Assembly: GCA_951406725.2 (NCBI GenBank)
Contig: OX597814.1
Location: forward strand, 165,044,001-165,108,000
Length of the DNA: 64,000 nt
Reading direction: 5' to 3'
Source of the DNA: Octopus vulgaris
Taxonomy: Eukaryota
In this document: positions 11,290 through 26,020 of the stretch, in pieces
Position numbering within the stretch: position 1 is the stretch's first letter
Layout: each line of letters begins with the position of its first letter
Program-made: the position numbers and the translations under genes
The notes under the pieces: model-generated
Databases searched by the model: none
The model's input: the letters and a program-made list of their open reading frames with translations, nothing else
Told to the model about the DNA's origin: nothing

Positions 11290-14033
11290 GTAATGACAGT
11301 ATAATGGAATGTGTGTCCGTATATATCTCTGTGTATTCGACTGCATAGATTGAGCTCATACATGTCTCTCAGGAACTCATTGATTTGACTGCCATGAAAG
11401 TTTATTTCAAAGAAATATAACTGAGAAGTTCCACAGTAATAGATGTCTCCAAAATTAATATTTTTAGAAATTTAACAGGGCTAATATTAATTTTCTACAA
11501 TTTCGTGATTTATTTAACTCTTGGAGCCTTTTTTTAGGTAAACAGTAACAGAAGTATGTAAAAATGAAGCTCAATACTGTTGTCTTTTTCATTTATGAAG
11601 ACAAAGCTTTCCGCTTGTTAGAAAAGAAAATATATTAGTTCTACTTTGTTTTACTATATTTCTAACAATATGTCTAGTAGTTAGCATTTCTAACATACCA
11701 CTATTTTATATCATTTTATCAGAGAAGGTATCCTATGTCCATGACATTAACAAAACTTTCTAGACTGGCAAATTTGATGCAGTTGATGCTCAGTTTCAAC
11801 ATCCGGAGGTCGACGTCTGCAAGAAAAATTAGTGCGAAGAAATAACTATAGACTAACATCTCTGAGGAGGGAGAATGGTTTGGCAAAACATGGACTACGA
11901 TTTAGTGGGGGCTGAGAAATGAAGCATAACAGGGCTGGCGAAAGGAAGAAAGATGAGAGTGATGCCAGGCCTATAAAGAAAAACACTAATATAGCAAGAT
12001 TTGAAATCAAAATAAAGAAGGCGATGAACTAAACAATATTGAATTTTAATAGTAGAGCTTTGAACTTCGTTTGAAACCAATTAATTTCCCTTGAGTAACA
12101 TAATGTCTTTAAAAAAAGTGAAGGTCAACTCAATGTTCCACCTCTTTTCTGAAAACGTTATTCACATTCTTACATGTTTAATAGTTGTTAGCAGCTAAGA
12201 TAGGGATGTGCCCCAAGCGGGTTATCATACAATAGGTAGATGGATATTTTCAATCTTGAAAACTTGACCCAATAACACACAAAACTCTCACACACACGCA
12301 CGCACACACACACACACACAGACAGACACACACACACACACGAACACACACGCGAAAAATGTATGTATTATGTATGTATATGTTAGTGTATGTATGTATA
12401 TATGTATAGATTTTTATATATGTATAGATTTTAGAGTCCAGATTTCTACATCCTTACATTTCCTCTTTTACATCCCTACATCACACGCACGCACGCACGC
12501 ACGCGCACACACACACATACACACACACACATACATATATATATGTATGTTGGTATGTATATATTTGTTTTGGAAAGCAAAACAAAGAATATATTACAAT
12601 ATACACGACAACAACAATAGCAACAACGTAGTACAAACAGCTGATAGTAGCTCGTCGCCATTATGAACACCATTGTATCTGTGTTGTTTTAAAATATAAC
12701 TAAACAACACGAAAGAAGCTAAACATTGAATAACACTGTTTCCTCTATTTGTTTACAAACTGATTCCTCTACTTAACATTTGTAAGTTTTACAGAAGTCA
12801 GTCAATTTATACCTCCGCCTAAACATTCAACTGTTGTGTTGACTTTACATCTCTCAGCTCCGTTCAATAGTTCCCAAAGACACCTGGAAGTACTTAGCTT
12901 AGTTTTGGTTTGTTGATTCACGTCCCCAGCTCTAGCAAAACCTCATAAACCCACCAAAAAAGGACCGTTTACAATACATCTCCACTTCAGCACAACATCC
13001 ATTGAAATACAACCCCTACACTACACCGCCACAACACATCTCCATCACAAAACGACTTTTTCAAAAAATAAAAAGCTTACTATTTAAGCTACATCATACA
13101 AAACGTAAACAAATGCGTTTTCGTTTTGAAGTGGCGAGTGTGGACGTATGCTCTGTTTGCGGACCGGAGATGCGGTAACGGGACTTCAAACTTATATAGA
13201 ACCCTTTCTTTTTAACTTACTTCACTGATACCATTAAGATATTCGTGATCCTCACAATTTACGATTTCTGTCTCTTTCAAGATATGGTAGAATCTTTGAA
13301 TATTGTTGAAAATATCTCTGATCTGACTTGTACTTGTTTTTGCTTCGTAATCTTGTCTATTTTTTGCATTCTTAATTAAATAGAATGGCTTATTTTAATA
13401 GCAGTGGTTCAGATTGTTGATCAAGGATGAAAGGCTTTCCGCCTGTACATATTCATACAGAGAAACCAGGACCATATTATCCGGTATGTCTTTCTAAGAC
13501 GGCTGTGATTTGAGGGCTATTTGGCCGCTATATCTAATAATTCGGGAGACCATGTAGAAGCTTCCTCGTTTAAGAAGTATTTAATAAGTTTGTGTGACAT
13601 CCATGAGTTTGTAAAATAAATGAGTGAATTACAATCAAAACCGTGACGCAGTCTCAGTCTAGCAGGAGTTTCATTTTTAACATACAGCGCTCGCCTAGGT
13701 TCAACAACTCTATACTTTAGGGAGAGGAAATTAGAAGAGTGACAATCAATCTACATTTCCCCACAGGCTGATTTAAGTTAGATAGTTTGTGAAGCGAGGC
13801 GACTCAAATTCTGATATTACAAGCAAAAAGAGAAGGAATTTCCTTTTTCTGTTCTTTTAAAACTTTTCGTAAAAATAAAATCCTGTGCTGCTTCAGGTTA
13901 AACATTACAAGAGCAGAAGTTCACAGATTTTGATAAGTAGTAAATATCAAGTAAAATGTCTTCTATACATACATACATACATACATACATACATACATAC
14001 ATACATACATACATACTTACATACATACATACA

Positions 14034-14557
14034 TGGTGGTTGCCCCCTTGTTATCGAGCTTAATCAATGTTGTTATCGTGCAATGCCTGTGCAAGAAGAT
14101 TTTTTTTTAAAGTGAGGAAAGGCTGTGCATTGAGTCAATCCCACTCACTAAGCAACAGCAGCTATAATCCGAAAAGAAGAACAAGTCAACATCATCGGTA
14201 ACCACTAAGCCGCAGGTTTTATGTCGGAGTTATCCCATTTACCTGAGTTACCTTCTCCTAGAAGGATGCCCTAACAAAGGCTAGGAGTCCTTCACTCCCA
14301 ATGGTTTAACCACGCGATCGGGTATTTCTATGTCCCCGCGCATGATACAGCCTCAAGGCATTTATTGGATGGCCGTTGACTCTCAAGAGTTCCTCCGCCC
14401 TTTGACGGGTTTTGTTTTTCATCCCGCAGGGTGTCCAATAAACACCCTCCTCACCAAGCAAGCTTGGTGGAGTTGCCGGTTTAGTCGCCGACTACTCGAC
14501 CATGCAACAGGTTGTACTGGGTTACATGTTACCAGTAGCACTCGAAAATGACCTGAC
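14034..14557 (-). mobile_element. ~520-bp non-coding element embedded in (ACAT)n, probably an RTE-derived non-autonomous retroposon
   Basis: Higher-GC unique block with (ACAT)n on both sides; no credible ORF; agttaccttctcctag..ggctaggagtcc resembles the antisense of RTE 5' UTRs. Strand is inferred. Confidence 0.55.
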
Positions 14558-14584
14558 ATACATACATACATACATACATTCATT

Positions 14585-14616
<32 letters not shown>

Positions 14617-14617
14617 C

Positions 14618-14696
<79 letters not shown>

Positions 14697-14697
<1 letters not shown>

Positions 14698-15007
14698 AGG
14701 AGCACTCTGTCGATTACGACGACGAGAGTCCCAGCTGATACGATCATCGGAACAGTTTGCTCGTGAAATTAACTTGCAAGTGGCTAAGCACTGCACAGAC
14801 ACATGTACCCTTAACCTAGAGAGATTCAGTGTGACACAGAGTGTGACAAGGCTGGCCATTTGAAATACAGGTAGTACTCATTTTTGCCAGTTGAGTGGAC
14901 TGGAGCAATGTGAAATAAAGCGTCTTGCTGAAGAACGCAACGCGTTGCCGGGAATTGAACTCACGATCGTGATCCGAATGCCCTAACTATTAAGCCACGC
15001 GCCTTCC
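14697..15007 (-). mobile_element. tRNA-derived SINE
   Basis: Minus strand GGAAGGCGCGTGGCTTAATAGTTAG ... GAGTTCAATTCCC, then the cagcaagacgctttatttcac body. Confidence 0.75.
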
Positions 15008-15008
15008 C

Positions 15009-15041
<33 letters not shown>

Positions 15042-15049
15042 TTGTGTGT

Positions 15050-15102
<53 letters not shown>

Positions 15103-15386
15103 CATATACATGCACAAATACCAGCTCTTACAAATGTTTACAGATACACATACACACAAACGCACACATTCACACACACAGATGTAATCAGAAACACCCA
15201 AATAGAGATTTATGTATACACGCTACTCATACAATAAATATGATCAGTAATGTATCTCGACTAGGACTAATCGACGTCTTAATATATAAACACATACATA
15301 AAATAAATACGCAATACTATAAATTGTATATATACATTACACATACATTAAAAAGTTGTTTAACTTGCATACGTGTGTGTTAAGGG

Positions 15387-15476
<90 letters not shown>

Positions 15477-15489
15477 ATGTACGTAGTCG

Positions 15490-15680
15490 CCATGATAGAT
15501 CGTTAGCCACTACATACATTTATTTCTCTCCTTGTTTCTCTCCTTGTTTATTCTGTGTCCCTTTGTGTAGAAGAGTGCAGGCTCGAAACGTAAAAGACTT
15601 TTTCCATTCCTGAGCTTTATACTAATACATCTGTTTGTTTTGTACACCATCTGACTTCGTCTTTTGCTTTTTTCGTAGAC
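15490..15680 (+). mobile_element. Copy of the short hammerhead-like PLE family
   Basis: Colinear with 11008-11173; motif CTTT-GTGTAGA-A-GAGT..GCTC-GAAA-CG-TA-AAAG at 15561-15596. Confidence 0.7.
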
Positions 15681-15682
15681 TT

Positions 15683-15736
<54 letters not shown>

Positions 15737-15739
<3 letters not shown>

Positions 15740-16074
15740 CGGAGATGTACTCGCATAGCAAGTGATTTGATCTGAGATCGTGTGCTGAAACGAAAACAAT
15801 TGCAGCCTGGAAGGTGTTTGTAAGCCATTTAAGAAACACACAAAAGCCGTTCGATTCACTTCAATATTTAAGTTTAATTTGTCAACATATTTTCGTCGCT
15901 AAAATCCGCGACCTGTTCACTGACAAAAATCCGTGCTGCATCTGTCAGTGAACAGGTCGCGGATTTTAGCGACGAAAATATTTTGACAAATTAAACTTAA
16001 ATGTTGAAGTGAATCGAACGGCTTTTGTGTGTTTCTTAAATGGCTTACAAACACCTTCCACGCTGCAATTGTTT
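15737..16074. mobile_element. Fold-back PLE-like element: 132-bp inverted arms, each with a hammerhead-like fold (GUGAACA core)
   Basis: 15794-15925 is the reverse complement of 15943-16074 with few mismatches and a 17-nt spacer; (TA)n on both flanks. Confidence 0.8.
15943..15988 (+). ncRNA. Candidate minimal type I hammerhead with G3:C8 core swap
   Basis: TGTCA-GTGAACA-G-GTCGC-ggatttta-GCGAC-GAAA-ATAT-TT-TGACA: stems I and II are perfect and stem III is the palindrome AAAATATTTT. Confidence 0.6.
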
Positions 16075-16878
16075 ATATATATATATATATATATATATTG
16101 TAACGCCTTTTATTGATTTATTCTACATATGAAATAACAAAGCAGCAAACCCAGTTTATTGTGCACTCTTGTAGATTCCGATTTAAAGATGCAGTCCTAA
16201 TGCCTTTTCAGAAATAATTATGTTAAACATTCTTAGTATAGCCAAACGTGTAGTAATCGAAGCGCTATGCAGCTGAAATTCTTTGCATTAATATAAATAA
16301 TTTGAATTCCATAACGTTTCGCCGATTTTCGATACTACATAATTTTACTGTCGCTAATTCTTGTACTCGGGATAAATTAAGAGTTTCTTGTATTTCCGTT
16401 CAGCAGATATCTTTGACTTTCTGCAAAATCAACCACTTTAAAGAAATACGATCGTGTTTCGCCTGATAAAAGATATGCTTTATAATCAAATATAGATATA
16501 CATATATACAAACATATATGTGTGTACGAGGGTCAAAGAACATATATGTAGACTATTGATTAGTCTATAGGGCTTACAATTATAAGGTTGTAGATTCGAT
16601 TCATAGACCGGGTGGTGTGTTGTGTCATTCAGTAATGCAATTCATTTCATGATACTCCATTATACACTGTTAAAATGAGCATTAATCTTGCGGTTGTAGA
16701 ACTCTTTCTCTCACTCACTGTCATATCCCAGATAGATTGCGGAGTCAAAGCGTACGAGTGCCGAGAGGTTGCCTATAACTGCTTACTACTGACTACACAG
16801 ACACCTACGACAGTTACAGAAAAATCGTACTCGCTTGCAAGTGACGATTATGTGATACATAAATACATACACACACAT

Positions 16879-17760
16879 ATGTCGAGCTAAATTTGACGAT
16901 TTTTTGTTTTCTTTTTTTTCCTTCTGGAACTGCTTAATGTATTGGTAAACACTCAAGGGCGGTGGAGGGCATAAATATTAAATCGTAGTTCTGAAAAGTT
17001 AGTTGAGATGGACGAATGGAAGCCATTTGAATATTGGGAAAGAGTTACCAGATGATTCGCGCCAGGTATCAAGATGCCGGCATTATGACTACTGTTCAGT
17101 GTTCTGTTAACACTATAAAGGCTGTAAGACATGATATGGACAGCTGCAACGGCGACTAATAACTGTGTGAAGTAGGAAGGGGCGCAACAGGTGTCTAACT
17201 GCGTCTGCACGCCGAAATACTTCCAACAACTGATGAACAGAGTCTTAGAGACTGTTATGTGAAGCCGCTGGAGACTGTAGTCAAATCTTAGCTGGAAAGA
17301 GTTGCTGTTGTGAGGCCATATGTGTAGCAGCATGGTCAGTTTCCTTGCCAGTTAGAAGTGACTGTCAGAGAATTTCTACGACTTTACCAGCTCCAATTTC
17401 TGGCCTCCTAATCTTCCAATTGTAATCCCATGAATTATTATGTGTGGGGTATAGTTGAGAAAGACACCAATTGTTCTGCCTGCATCACCAAAGTCGAGCT
17501 GGTGGCCAAGATCAAAAAAGATATTCAAAGATCTTCTCGGGGGCACAGTGAGGATGGAATGCGCCGGATTCGAGAGCCGTCTGGAGGCCGTGGCGAAGCT
17601 GATTGCTGCTATTTTGAGTAAACTGGTACCTCCCAGCTATAATCTACTTGATAATTTTTGATCTTTTAAATACCTTTAATTTTGGTTGTGATATTGTGTG
17701 TGTGTGTGGGGGGGGGGGTTCTGTTTCCTGTAAACAGTCAAATTCAGCTCCCACATCCCG
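16879..17760 (+). mobile_element. Internally deleted maT-like transposon (second family)
   Basis: TIR-like gagctaaatttgac / gtcaaattcagctc; decayed coding for the N-terminus (MIRA..DSCNGD) and for FWPPN..CNPMNYYVWGIVEKDTN. Confidence 0.75.
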
Positions 17761-18071
17761 TATATATACATATATACTCGAGGAAATCAAACAGGGAGTG
17801 AGAGGGTATCAAACAGGGAGTCAGAACCACATTTGAATGTTAAATTTTCTTTAACTGTGGATTAATAATGCTACTAAAGCTTTCATGTGGAAGGAATTTC
17901 CACAATGTTCAAGCGATCCATTTACAAATGTAGATAATCGCCTCCATTTTGGATGGAAACGATTACCAACATTTTAAGTCGATCGCTTCGAATCGTTCCG
18001 CATGAAATCAATGGTAATACTGTAGATTCGCAGAGTATATATATTTGAGTGTGTGTGTGTGTGTGTATGTG

Positions 18072-18359
18072 TGTGTACATAACACATACATACATACATA
18101 CATACATACACACATACATACATACATACATACATACATACATACATACATACATACATACACACACATACATACATACACACATACATACATACATACA
18201 TACATACATACATACATACATACATACATACATACGTACACACATACATACATACATACATGCATACATACATACATACATACATACATACATACATACA
18301 TACATACATACATACATACATACATACATACATACATACATACATGCGTGCATACATAC
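18072..18359. repeat. (ACAT)n microsatellite
   Basis: Directly visible tetranucleotide repeat. Confidence 0.95.
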
Positions 18360-18552
18360 TTACCGATAATCTTGGCTAAATTCCTACCTGAAAATTCAGT
18401 TACGAAAGAACACCAACATTGCAAAGTGATTCATAGAGTATCTTAGAGATTTTAGTATATCATACCAGTATGTTATACAATATAAGTGCGTGTGTGTATA
18501 TTTATACAAATGCATACATACATGCATATGTTAGGTGTGTGTGTGTGTGTAT

Positions 18553-19411
18553 AAAGATATTATTGTTTACAATAATATCAGTGGCATAGCATGCGTAAAA
18601 AATACCACGAGGTAAAAAATTATTAATTAATAATTAAGGGTACTACAGGTAGCCTCGGCACACTAAAAATAGCAGTCAAAATGAAACTACAACCAGAAAT
18701 CTTCACTGATGCACATTAATTGAAGTCATGGGGAATGAGCATAAATTCGAAGCCCGCATAACAATAACGAAAAGAATAGTAAATTGAAAAGCCAGACATA
18801 CTCGTATCATCACGATTTCGAACTTTGTGCAAGTGCCACTTAGTTCTCATCAGCGAGTCTCACTGACCCAAAGGTCATAGAACTTGCCCATCTCAACAAA
18901 TGTGCGCGATGACCGTTTTTAATGCTGCGGGAAATATAAAAAGGTAATCGGAGTGAATAATAAATTATAAAAATGTATTTAAGGATATGATTATTTACAA
19001 TAATATCAAATGATATAGCACGCGTAAAAAAAATACCATAAGGTAAAAAAATTATTAATTAAATATTTAAGGTCACAAGTAGCACCGACACGCTAAAAAT
19101 AGCAGTCAGAAGACTACTACAACCACATATTTTCACTGATATACATTAATTGAAGTTGAGAAAATGAGGAAAAATTCTAAACCTCCGGACAAATTACGAG
19201 AATAATCGTAAATTGAAAAGCTAGACATACCCGTAGCGTCACGATTTCGAACTTTGTGGAAGTGCCACTTAGGTATATTATTGCTACGGGAGTTTGCTCA
19301 TTTCCCCGACTTCAATTAATGTGTATCAGTGAAATTGTGTGGTTGTAGTTGTCTTCTGACTGTCATTTTTAGCATGCTGGTGCTACCCCTGTAATACCCT
19401 TAACTATTAAT
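18553..19411 (-). mobile_element. Penelope-like tandem pLTRs plus an inverted copy
   Basis: Direct repeats ~18553-18843 and ~18981-19272, then an inverted partial copy at 19277-19411; hammerhead in the first unit. Confidence 0.75.
18800..18858 (-). ncRNA. Type I hammerhead ribozyme, canonical core
   Basis: Minus strand ACTCG-CTGATGA-GAACT-aagtggcacttgcacaa-AGTTC-GAAA-TC-gtgat-GA-TA-CGAGT; all three stems pair; AUA triplet. Confidence 0.85.
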
Positions 19412-19431
19412 ATGTGTATGCATACATATAT

Positions 19432-19522
<91 letters not shown>

Positions 19523-19529
<7 letters not shown>

Positions 19530-19802
19530 AAATAATTAAAAGGGCGAGCAACAGGCTGCTTCTCCGCCGTCGTATATGGAATCTCCACTTATAGAAAATG
19601 GAAAAAACAGTCTTTGACTGCCATTTCTAATTCCTTCGGTATGCGGCGAAGCAGCCTGTTGCTCGCCCTTTTAATTATTTTTACTATATACTGAACTTTA
19701 CAAAAGTTCCTGACGATGAATTTGTCATATTTACATACCGAAATTTACCGGTAAATAATTGTTGGTTATATGAAAAACCACTGAAAAATTATTTACCATT
19801 TT

Positions 19803-19808
<6 letters not shown>
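19523..19808 (+). mobile_element. PLE-like remnant: hairpin plus degenerate hammerhead
   Basis: ~42-bp inverted repeat 19523-19562/19648-19689; CTGACGA 19710-19716 ... GAAA-TTTACCGGTAAA-TA 19740-19757; flanked by (TA)n. Confidence 0.5.
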
Positions 19809-19854
<46 letters not shown>

Positions 19855-20244
19855 TGCCCCCACCCTCCGCCTAACCACATACCTCCACCTCTACCTCCAC
19901 CCTCAGTCTAATTCATACCCCACCCTTGCTTTACCCACTCTCGTCTCCCCACCTCCCAACACCATCACACCACATCACACACCACTACACCATTCACCAC
20001 CATGCCACACAACACATCACTTCACAACATACCACCACGCACACACCAGCACTGACCACTTCCCAGACCCACATTTTCCCACCTACACATACACACACGC
20101 ACACGTCAGGATCACCAGCCCTCTTCCACACGCACAAACAAACTTTCTTATACACACACACGCGCACCTTCATTTTGGAATCACCACTACTTTATTATCT
20201 CCCCTTCTACCTAGCTCTCCTGTCTGACTCTTCTGTCCGGCATT

Positions 20245-20417
20245 CGTTATGATAGATCGCTAGCCACTACACATTCTCTATTTTCTCTCCGTGTTTCTTT
20301 CTGTGTTCCTTTCTGTAGAAGAGCGTAGGCTCGAAGTCTGTTTCACTTCCCAAGCGTTATACTAATACATCTGTTTGTTGTCTACACCACCTGTCTTCGT
20401 CTTTTGTTTTTTGTAAA

Positions 20418-20420
<3 letters not shown>
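20245..20420 (+). mobile_element. Copy of the short hammerhead-like PLE family with a deletion after GAA
   Basis: CTTT-CTGTAGA-A-GAGC-GTAG-GCTC-GAA at 20309-20335; remainder colinear with 11008-11173. Confidence 0.7.
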
Positions 20421-20498
<78 letters not shown>

Positions 20499-20512
20499 CA
20501 TACATACATACA

Positions 20513-20558
<46 letters not shown>

Positions 20559-20614
20559 CATTTATATACATACGTACACATACATATATGTATTTATAAT
20601 TGATAAATAAATAA

Positions 20615-20689
<75 letters not shown>

Positions 20690-21164
20690 TTTCTGTAAAA
20701 TTAAGCATTCACAAAGTTTCGCATGCACAGAAATTACGTCTGTAATCCTTCTAATGTATTTTATGAATGGAGTTGGAAAGCCGTAAACTCTCCTCACGCA
20801 ATTGAAAATGCTGCAAGTCTGGAAAACTAAAATGTTAAACAGACGACCCGGTTAAGGTTTACATATATACGTAAATCAGAGAAACTACTGCATGTGTTTC
20901 ATAACCAAGAATTTCTCGAATTTGTATTATTTGCTTCTGTATGTACACTCGGCTGAAAATTATCCATTCATGACACGCATCTAAAAGATCCCAACGATCA
21001 CACATTCTTTACATGTAGTGAATCATTACATGATTAGCTACAAATATGCTATAGGGTCTGCCATATTTATAACTTGAGTTTTCTACTTACGTTCATTCAC
21101 ATGAATGTATCTGTGCTTGTGTATGTGTGTGCGCGCGCACACACACGCGTAGACAGACAGATAA

Positions 21165-21216
<52 letters not shown>

Positions 21217-21599
21217 TGAAGGAATGAATGGATGGATGAAGGTATAAGGTGTATATGTATATGTGTATGTATATAACACTACAGCTGTTACTAATTTTGG
21301 CATTTCACTACCAAATTTGTGAAATGCATAGATCTGCGGGGAAATAAACAATGAATGGCGTGGTAGTTTGGAAAACAGAAAAATACTCCGTTAAATATTT
21401 TACATGAAAAGCAACTGGGAAGGTTGGCACTAACACAATGTAGGAAAACAAAATGTTATGAATAATTAAAATTATTCTAATAGAGCTTATTTGGTTTCAA
21501 CCATTATGACTTCTGGTTAGGCTTGTAGAACATTTTTATATACTTTTCTATTTGAATTTTCTACCTGTATTTTGAGTCATCCTACTGAAGGAGAATGTG

Positions 21600-22100
21600 A
21601 GACAGAGAGAGGCGTATCTATGTGGTGTCTATCTTACATTTTTGATTCCTATAGGTAAAGTCATAAACCAGGGATTGTGCAATAGTATTTTTTATTTGAC
21701 TGTCAGCTGACGGGAGCTTTGGCAATTAATGCTATCTTTCCGTTATCCTTTTTATCCGATGATATATTACTAAGTTTGGTACTTTATCCTCAAGAATCTT
21801 ACAGATATAGATGACTTGCACTTTCTCTTTTTCCTTTTCTCCCTTCTCTCTCTCTCTCTGTCTCTCTCGCCTTTCTCCCCTCTCTCGGTCAGATTCTTAT
21901 GAGCAAAGCCTCAGGATTAAGTGACGCCGCTTTGATTGAAGCATCTCTGTAGTCTTACAGGCAAATATATTTTTTTAGGCTGAACAATTTTGAGTAGTAA
22001 TCTATACTGCCATTAGTCAATGTTTGCTATGATGGCAACTATACTGTTGGGTCTTTAATTGAAAATAGGCAAACACAAATCACCTTTCTCTGAATTTTTG
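21600..22100 (-). pseudogene. Decayed CR1/L2-like LINE 3' remnant
   Basis: Minus frame VIYICKILEDKVPNL resembles the IY.WKILEG.VPN motif at the C-terminus of CR1-group ORF2. Confidence 0.4.
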
Positions 22101-22259
22101 AAGCCTGTAACTTATGTAGACACAACACCTGTTCTCTTACTCCTCCTATAGAAATACTCTTCTCAATAACGACTGTCTTTCGGAGTCGGTAGAATATATT
22201 CCGCCCAAGTACTGGAACAGATTTAATCGACTAACTGCTGGGCCTATATATAAATTAGA

Positions 22260-23065
<806 letters not shown>

Positions 23066-23094
23066 TAACAATAATAATAATAATAATAATAATG

Positions 23095-23254
<160 letters not shown>

Positions 23255-23280
23255 AATAATAATAATAATAATAATAATAA

Positions 23281-23858
23281 TATGCCCTGATGCAGTATAT
23301 GCTCTGATGCCGTATATGCCCTGCTATTGTACCAGGCAGTACCATGGCTTCTGATTGTTCTGCCTGGAAGTGTCGTCATGTACATTGTTTTGTCTTGGGA
23401 TAAAAGATCAGTTACAGCAAATATTCTGCTCAATACCACAGATTTGCTTGTCAGTTGTTTGACTTTAACCAGTTGAGAATGTCCCTTCGTGTGTGACGAT
23501 ATGTGCATCTCTGATCACGAGCAGAAGTAATGGGGGAACATCATAGCCATGTGTTGAGAGGAATTCTTTGGGGTTTGAATAATTCACCTCTGGAAACATA
23601 GTTGTTTCGTTCATCATTCTTAAAGAAACCTTATTCAGGGCCTTTTTGAGCGTGATGGGCTACTCAACCTGATGAAAATTCTAACTGGGCCCCACCTGCA
23701 AGATCATGCGCTGTTTATTTTGACATGAGGTCACCATGTCGATTATATATGGTTGTGATGCGTGTTTCTGGAGTACCTTTATCAGACGGGTAGTCATGAT
23801 AGGTATATTCGGCTTTATATAATTGTACCCCAGTGTCATTTTGATGGCATGAGCTGCT
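23281..23858 (-). mobile_element. ~550-bp (AAT)n-associated non-coding retroposon, copy A (diverged)
   Basis: Colinear with 31667-32215; terminal 17-mer triplicated at 23281-23335. Confidence 0.85.
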
Positions 23859-23859
23859 T

Positions 23860-24989
23860 GGCCTAGACAACTACCTGAAAAACTCAGAGTATTGGATGTT
23901 AAAACTTGTCTCAAAGCATGAAAAAAAGAAAGCATCATACTCAGTAACAAAACAGACAAAGTAATATCTAAGTGAATTCCGAATACAACAAATTCCAGAA
24001 TTAGACGTACTAGAAACAAGCGCAGAAAAAGTTAAGCGCATGAAAACCCGTGCTAAAAATACTGCCTTAGATATTCTAACTGATAAATGGCAAGAAAAAC
24101 CTCTCAAAGAGAGCAAATAATACCGATGTTGACAAAGCCCTTACCCATCAATGGCTAATAGCTTCTGGTTTAAAATCAGAAACAGAAGGATTTATCATAG
24201 CAGCTCAAGATCAATGCCTACCAATAAGAAACTACCAGGCCAACATATAAAATCACGGCAGCTACCCAGTATGTTGTGTATGCCAACAACAAAATGAGAC
24301 CATTGATCATGTCGTTTCCATGTGCAGTTTTCTTGCGCCTATAGAGTATCTCAACACGCATGATAGAGTTGCACAATATATTCACTGGGTAATTTGCAAA
24401 AACCTGGACTTGCCCCATGATAAAAACTGGTGGGAACACAAACCACCACCAGTGCTTGAAAATGATCACATCTCACACTTCTCGAACTTCATCATTCAAA
24501 CTGACAGAAAGATAAATGCGAATAGGCCGGACATAATATTGAAAGACTTCAAACAAATATCATACCTCCTCATTAATATGACTCTCCCAATCGATATAAA
24601 CGTATCTGTCAAGACCTACCAACAACTGAGCAAATATAAAGATCTTGAAATAAAAATTAGCAAAATGTGGATCCTGAAGTCTAAAACAATACCTGTTGTC
24701 ATAGGTGCCCCAGAAATGATAGAAAAAGGGGCTGATTACTACCTAGAAACACCAAAATGGCAGAAATTCAAAAGGTACTGTTCATGGTATAAGTAAAATA
24801 TTTTCTATGTAATCTCAAATTTTTAAAACAAATACATAATTTTACTTATGGTTTCTTAAACATTCTCTAGAACAACACTATATATGGCACCCTAGGCATA
24901 ACACCAAGATGAACTTCTAACTTGTCTCTTGAGGTCTCTGGGTGAGACTTGAAGCCAACTTGTACAGCTGCAAAGCAAATGACAAACAA

Positions 24990-24990
<1 letters not shown>
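23860..24990 (+). mobile_element. 5'-truncated R4/Dong-type non-LTR retrotransposon (RLE), decayed
   Basis: LKSETEGFIIAAQDQCL, CCHC knuckle (C..C...ETIDHVVSMC), HDRVA, RPDIILKD..KYKDL..IPVVIGA restriction-like endonuclease motifs; 3' end followed by (AAT)n. Confidence 0.9.
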
Positions 24991-25052
<62 letters not shown>

Positions 25053-25077
25053 CAACAACAACAACAACAACAATAAT

Positions 25078-25819
<742 letters not shown>

Positions 25820-26020
25820 GGGGGAATAATAATAATAATAATAATAATAACAACAACAACAATAATAATAATAATAATAATAATATTAACAACAACAACA
25901 ACAACAGCAACAATAATAATAATAATATTACAAATAATAATAGTAATAATAATTGTGTCTGATGTATGTATGTGCGTGTTTGTTTGTGTGTGTGCTTGCG
26001 TGTGTGTGTGTATGTGCGTA

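Noticed and set aside
11790-11980. Possible RTE LINE 3' coding remnant (DVCKK...)
   Set aside because: The similarity is too short and decayed to support a feature call.
13085-13205. Minus-strand stem (tttgaagt/acttcaaa) followed by GAAA
   Set aside because: The core reads CTATATAA and stems I and III do not pair. It is too degenerate to call.
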